Shown here: positions 45,274 to 45,871 of the stretch, one piece after another
Position numbering within the stretch: position 1 is the stretch's first letter
Layout of the letters: every line of letters starts with the position of its first letter
Source: a virus
Lineage: Duplodnaviria; Caudoviricetes
Reading direction: 5' to 3' (one strand)
IMG/VR virus record: IMGVR_UViG_3300044759_000050
Span: 1-45,871 of that record
Length of the DNA: 45,871 nucleotides
Program-made: the position numbers and the translations under genes
Notes under the pieces: generated by a model
Told to the model about the DNA's origin: nothing
Databases searched by the model: none
Seen by the model: only the letters and a program-made list of their open reading frames with translations

Positions 45274-45529
45274 TGTTATACTCCCGGTTAGCGGCTGCGT
45301 CGCCGCGTCTTGCCTTAGACTCAAGGTTGCTCAATAGGGCCTCCATGGCCGCGATCTCAGCAACCTTACCAATCAACATGTCATGGTCGATGCCGCCCTG
45401 ACGATACATTGCGATCAGGCTCGTCACATGAACACGTATAGTGTCCTCGATCACATCGCTGATGGCTCCAGCGACAGCAACCGCCCTGATGCCTTCCTCA
45501 ATGGCAGATAAGTTCGCTTCTTGGCTCAT
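45257..45529 (-). CDS. Hypothetical protein (head module)
   Basis: 90-aa helical ORF; coupled. Confidence 0.65.
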   Translation of the reverse strand: MSQEANLSAIEEGIRAVAVAGAISDVIEDTIRVHVTSLIAMYRQGGIDHDMLIGKVAEIAAMEALLSNLESKARRGDAAANREYNNGTQA

Positions 45530-45816
45530 CCAAATTTCCCCAAGTCGCCATTCACCTGTATGCCCTTGGGCAGATACAGCGATGTGTTTTTGCCTTGCGC
45601 CTCCCTGAGGCGCTCAAGTAGCAGCGCATTAACCTCAAGCAGACACCAAAAGGCCTTTTCCAGGAACGCCTGACGGCTGGCCAGATTATCTCGCGGAATG
45701 CGGTCCTTGTTAGCATGAAACCACAACGCTGTGTCTGCTAGGCGCTGCTCAAGAGGGTGACCGTGGGCCACCCTCGCGTTGTGTTGCAGACCTTCGATCA
45801 GGTCGCTTGTTTTCAC
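45526..45816 (-). CDS. Hypothetical protein
   Basis: GTGA/ATGA coupling on both sides. Confidence 0.65.
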   Translation of the reverse strand: MKTSDLIEGLQHNARVAHGHPLEQRLADTALWFHANKDRIPRDNLASRQAFLEKAFWCLLEVNALLLERLREAQGKNTSLYLPKGIQVNGDLGKFG

Positions 45817-45828
45817 TTGGCCTGACCC

Positions 45829-45871
45829 TTTATGACAAAGTAGTCAATGGTGATGGCTTCGCTTGTGGTGC
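45829..45871. repeat. Terminal direct repeat, copy 2
   Basis: 41/43 identity to 1-43. Confidence 0.9.

Noticed and set aside
1-45871. tRNA, integrase/att site or phage RNA polymerase
   Set aside because: None recognised by eye; tRNAscan-SE and HMM searches would be needed to exclude them formally

Overview
The window is an apparently complete, circularly permuted ~45.8 kb genome of a tailed phage with podovirus-type gene content. Its two ends overlap by 43 bp with 2 mismatches. The minus strand carries packaging and virion genes: TerL, portal, scaffold, major capsid, adaptor, nozzle, tail proteins, a GNAT protein, four large internal/ejection-type proteins and a transglycosylase. The plus strand (12.6-28.9 kb) carries a D5-type helicase with no primase domain, many small accessory ORFs, a PD-(D/E)XK nuclease/AAA ATPase/SSB-like recombination module, a ParB-methyltransferase fusion and a UDG-fused family A DNA polymerase split into two genes around a MazG-like gene. 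A plus-strand lysis/accessory cassette (4.5-9.1 kb) separates a probable TerS from TerL. I found no integrase, RNA polymerase, tRNA or CRISPR array; an alphaproteobacterial host is only an inference. The main unexplained signals are (1) six dispersed copies of a 17-bp palindrome TGATCAAAWTTTGATCA, (2) a promoter- and terminator-bounded ~63-nt antisense small RNA with a CCUCCC anti-Shine-Dalgarno loop between terL and the portal region, (3) a strong excess of C-GNA-G triloop mini-hairpins, and (4) the split polymerase with His at position 762. All protein calls come from motif recognition and synteny by eye; no database was searched.
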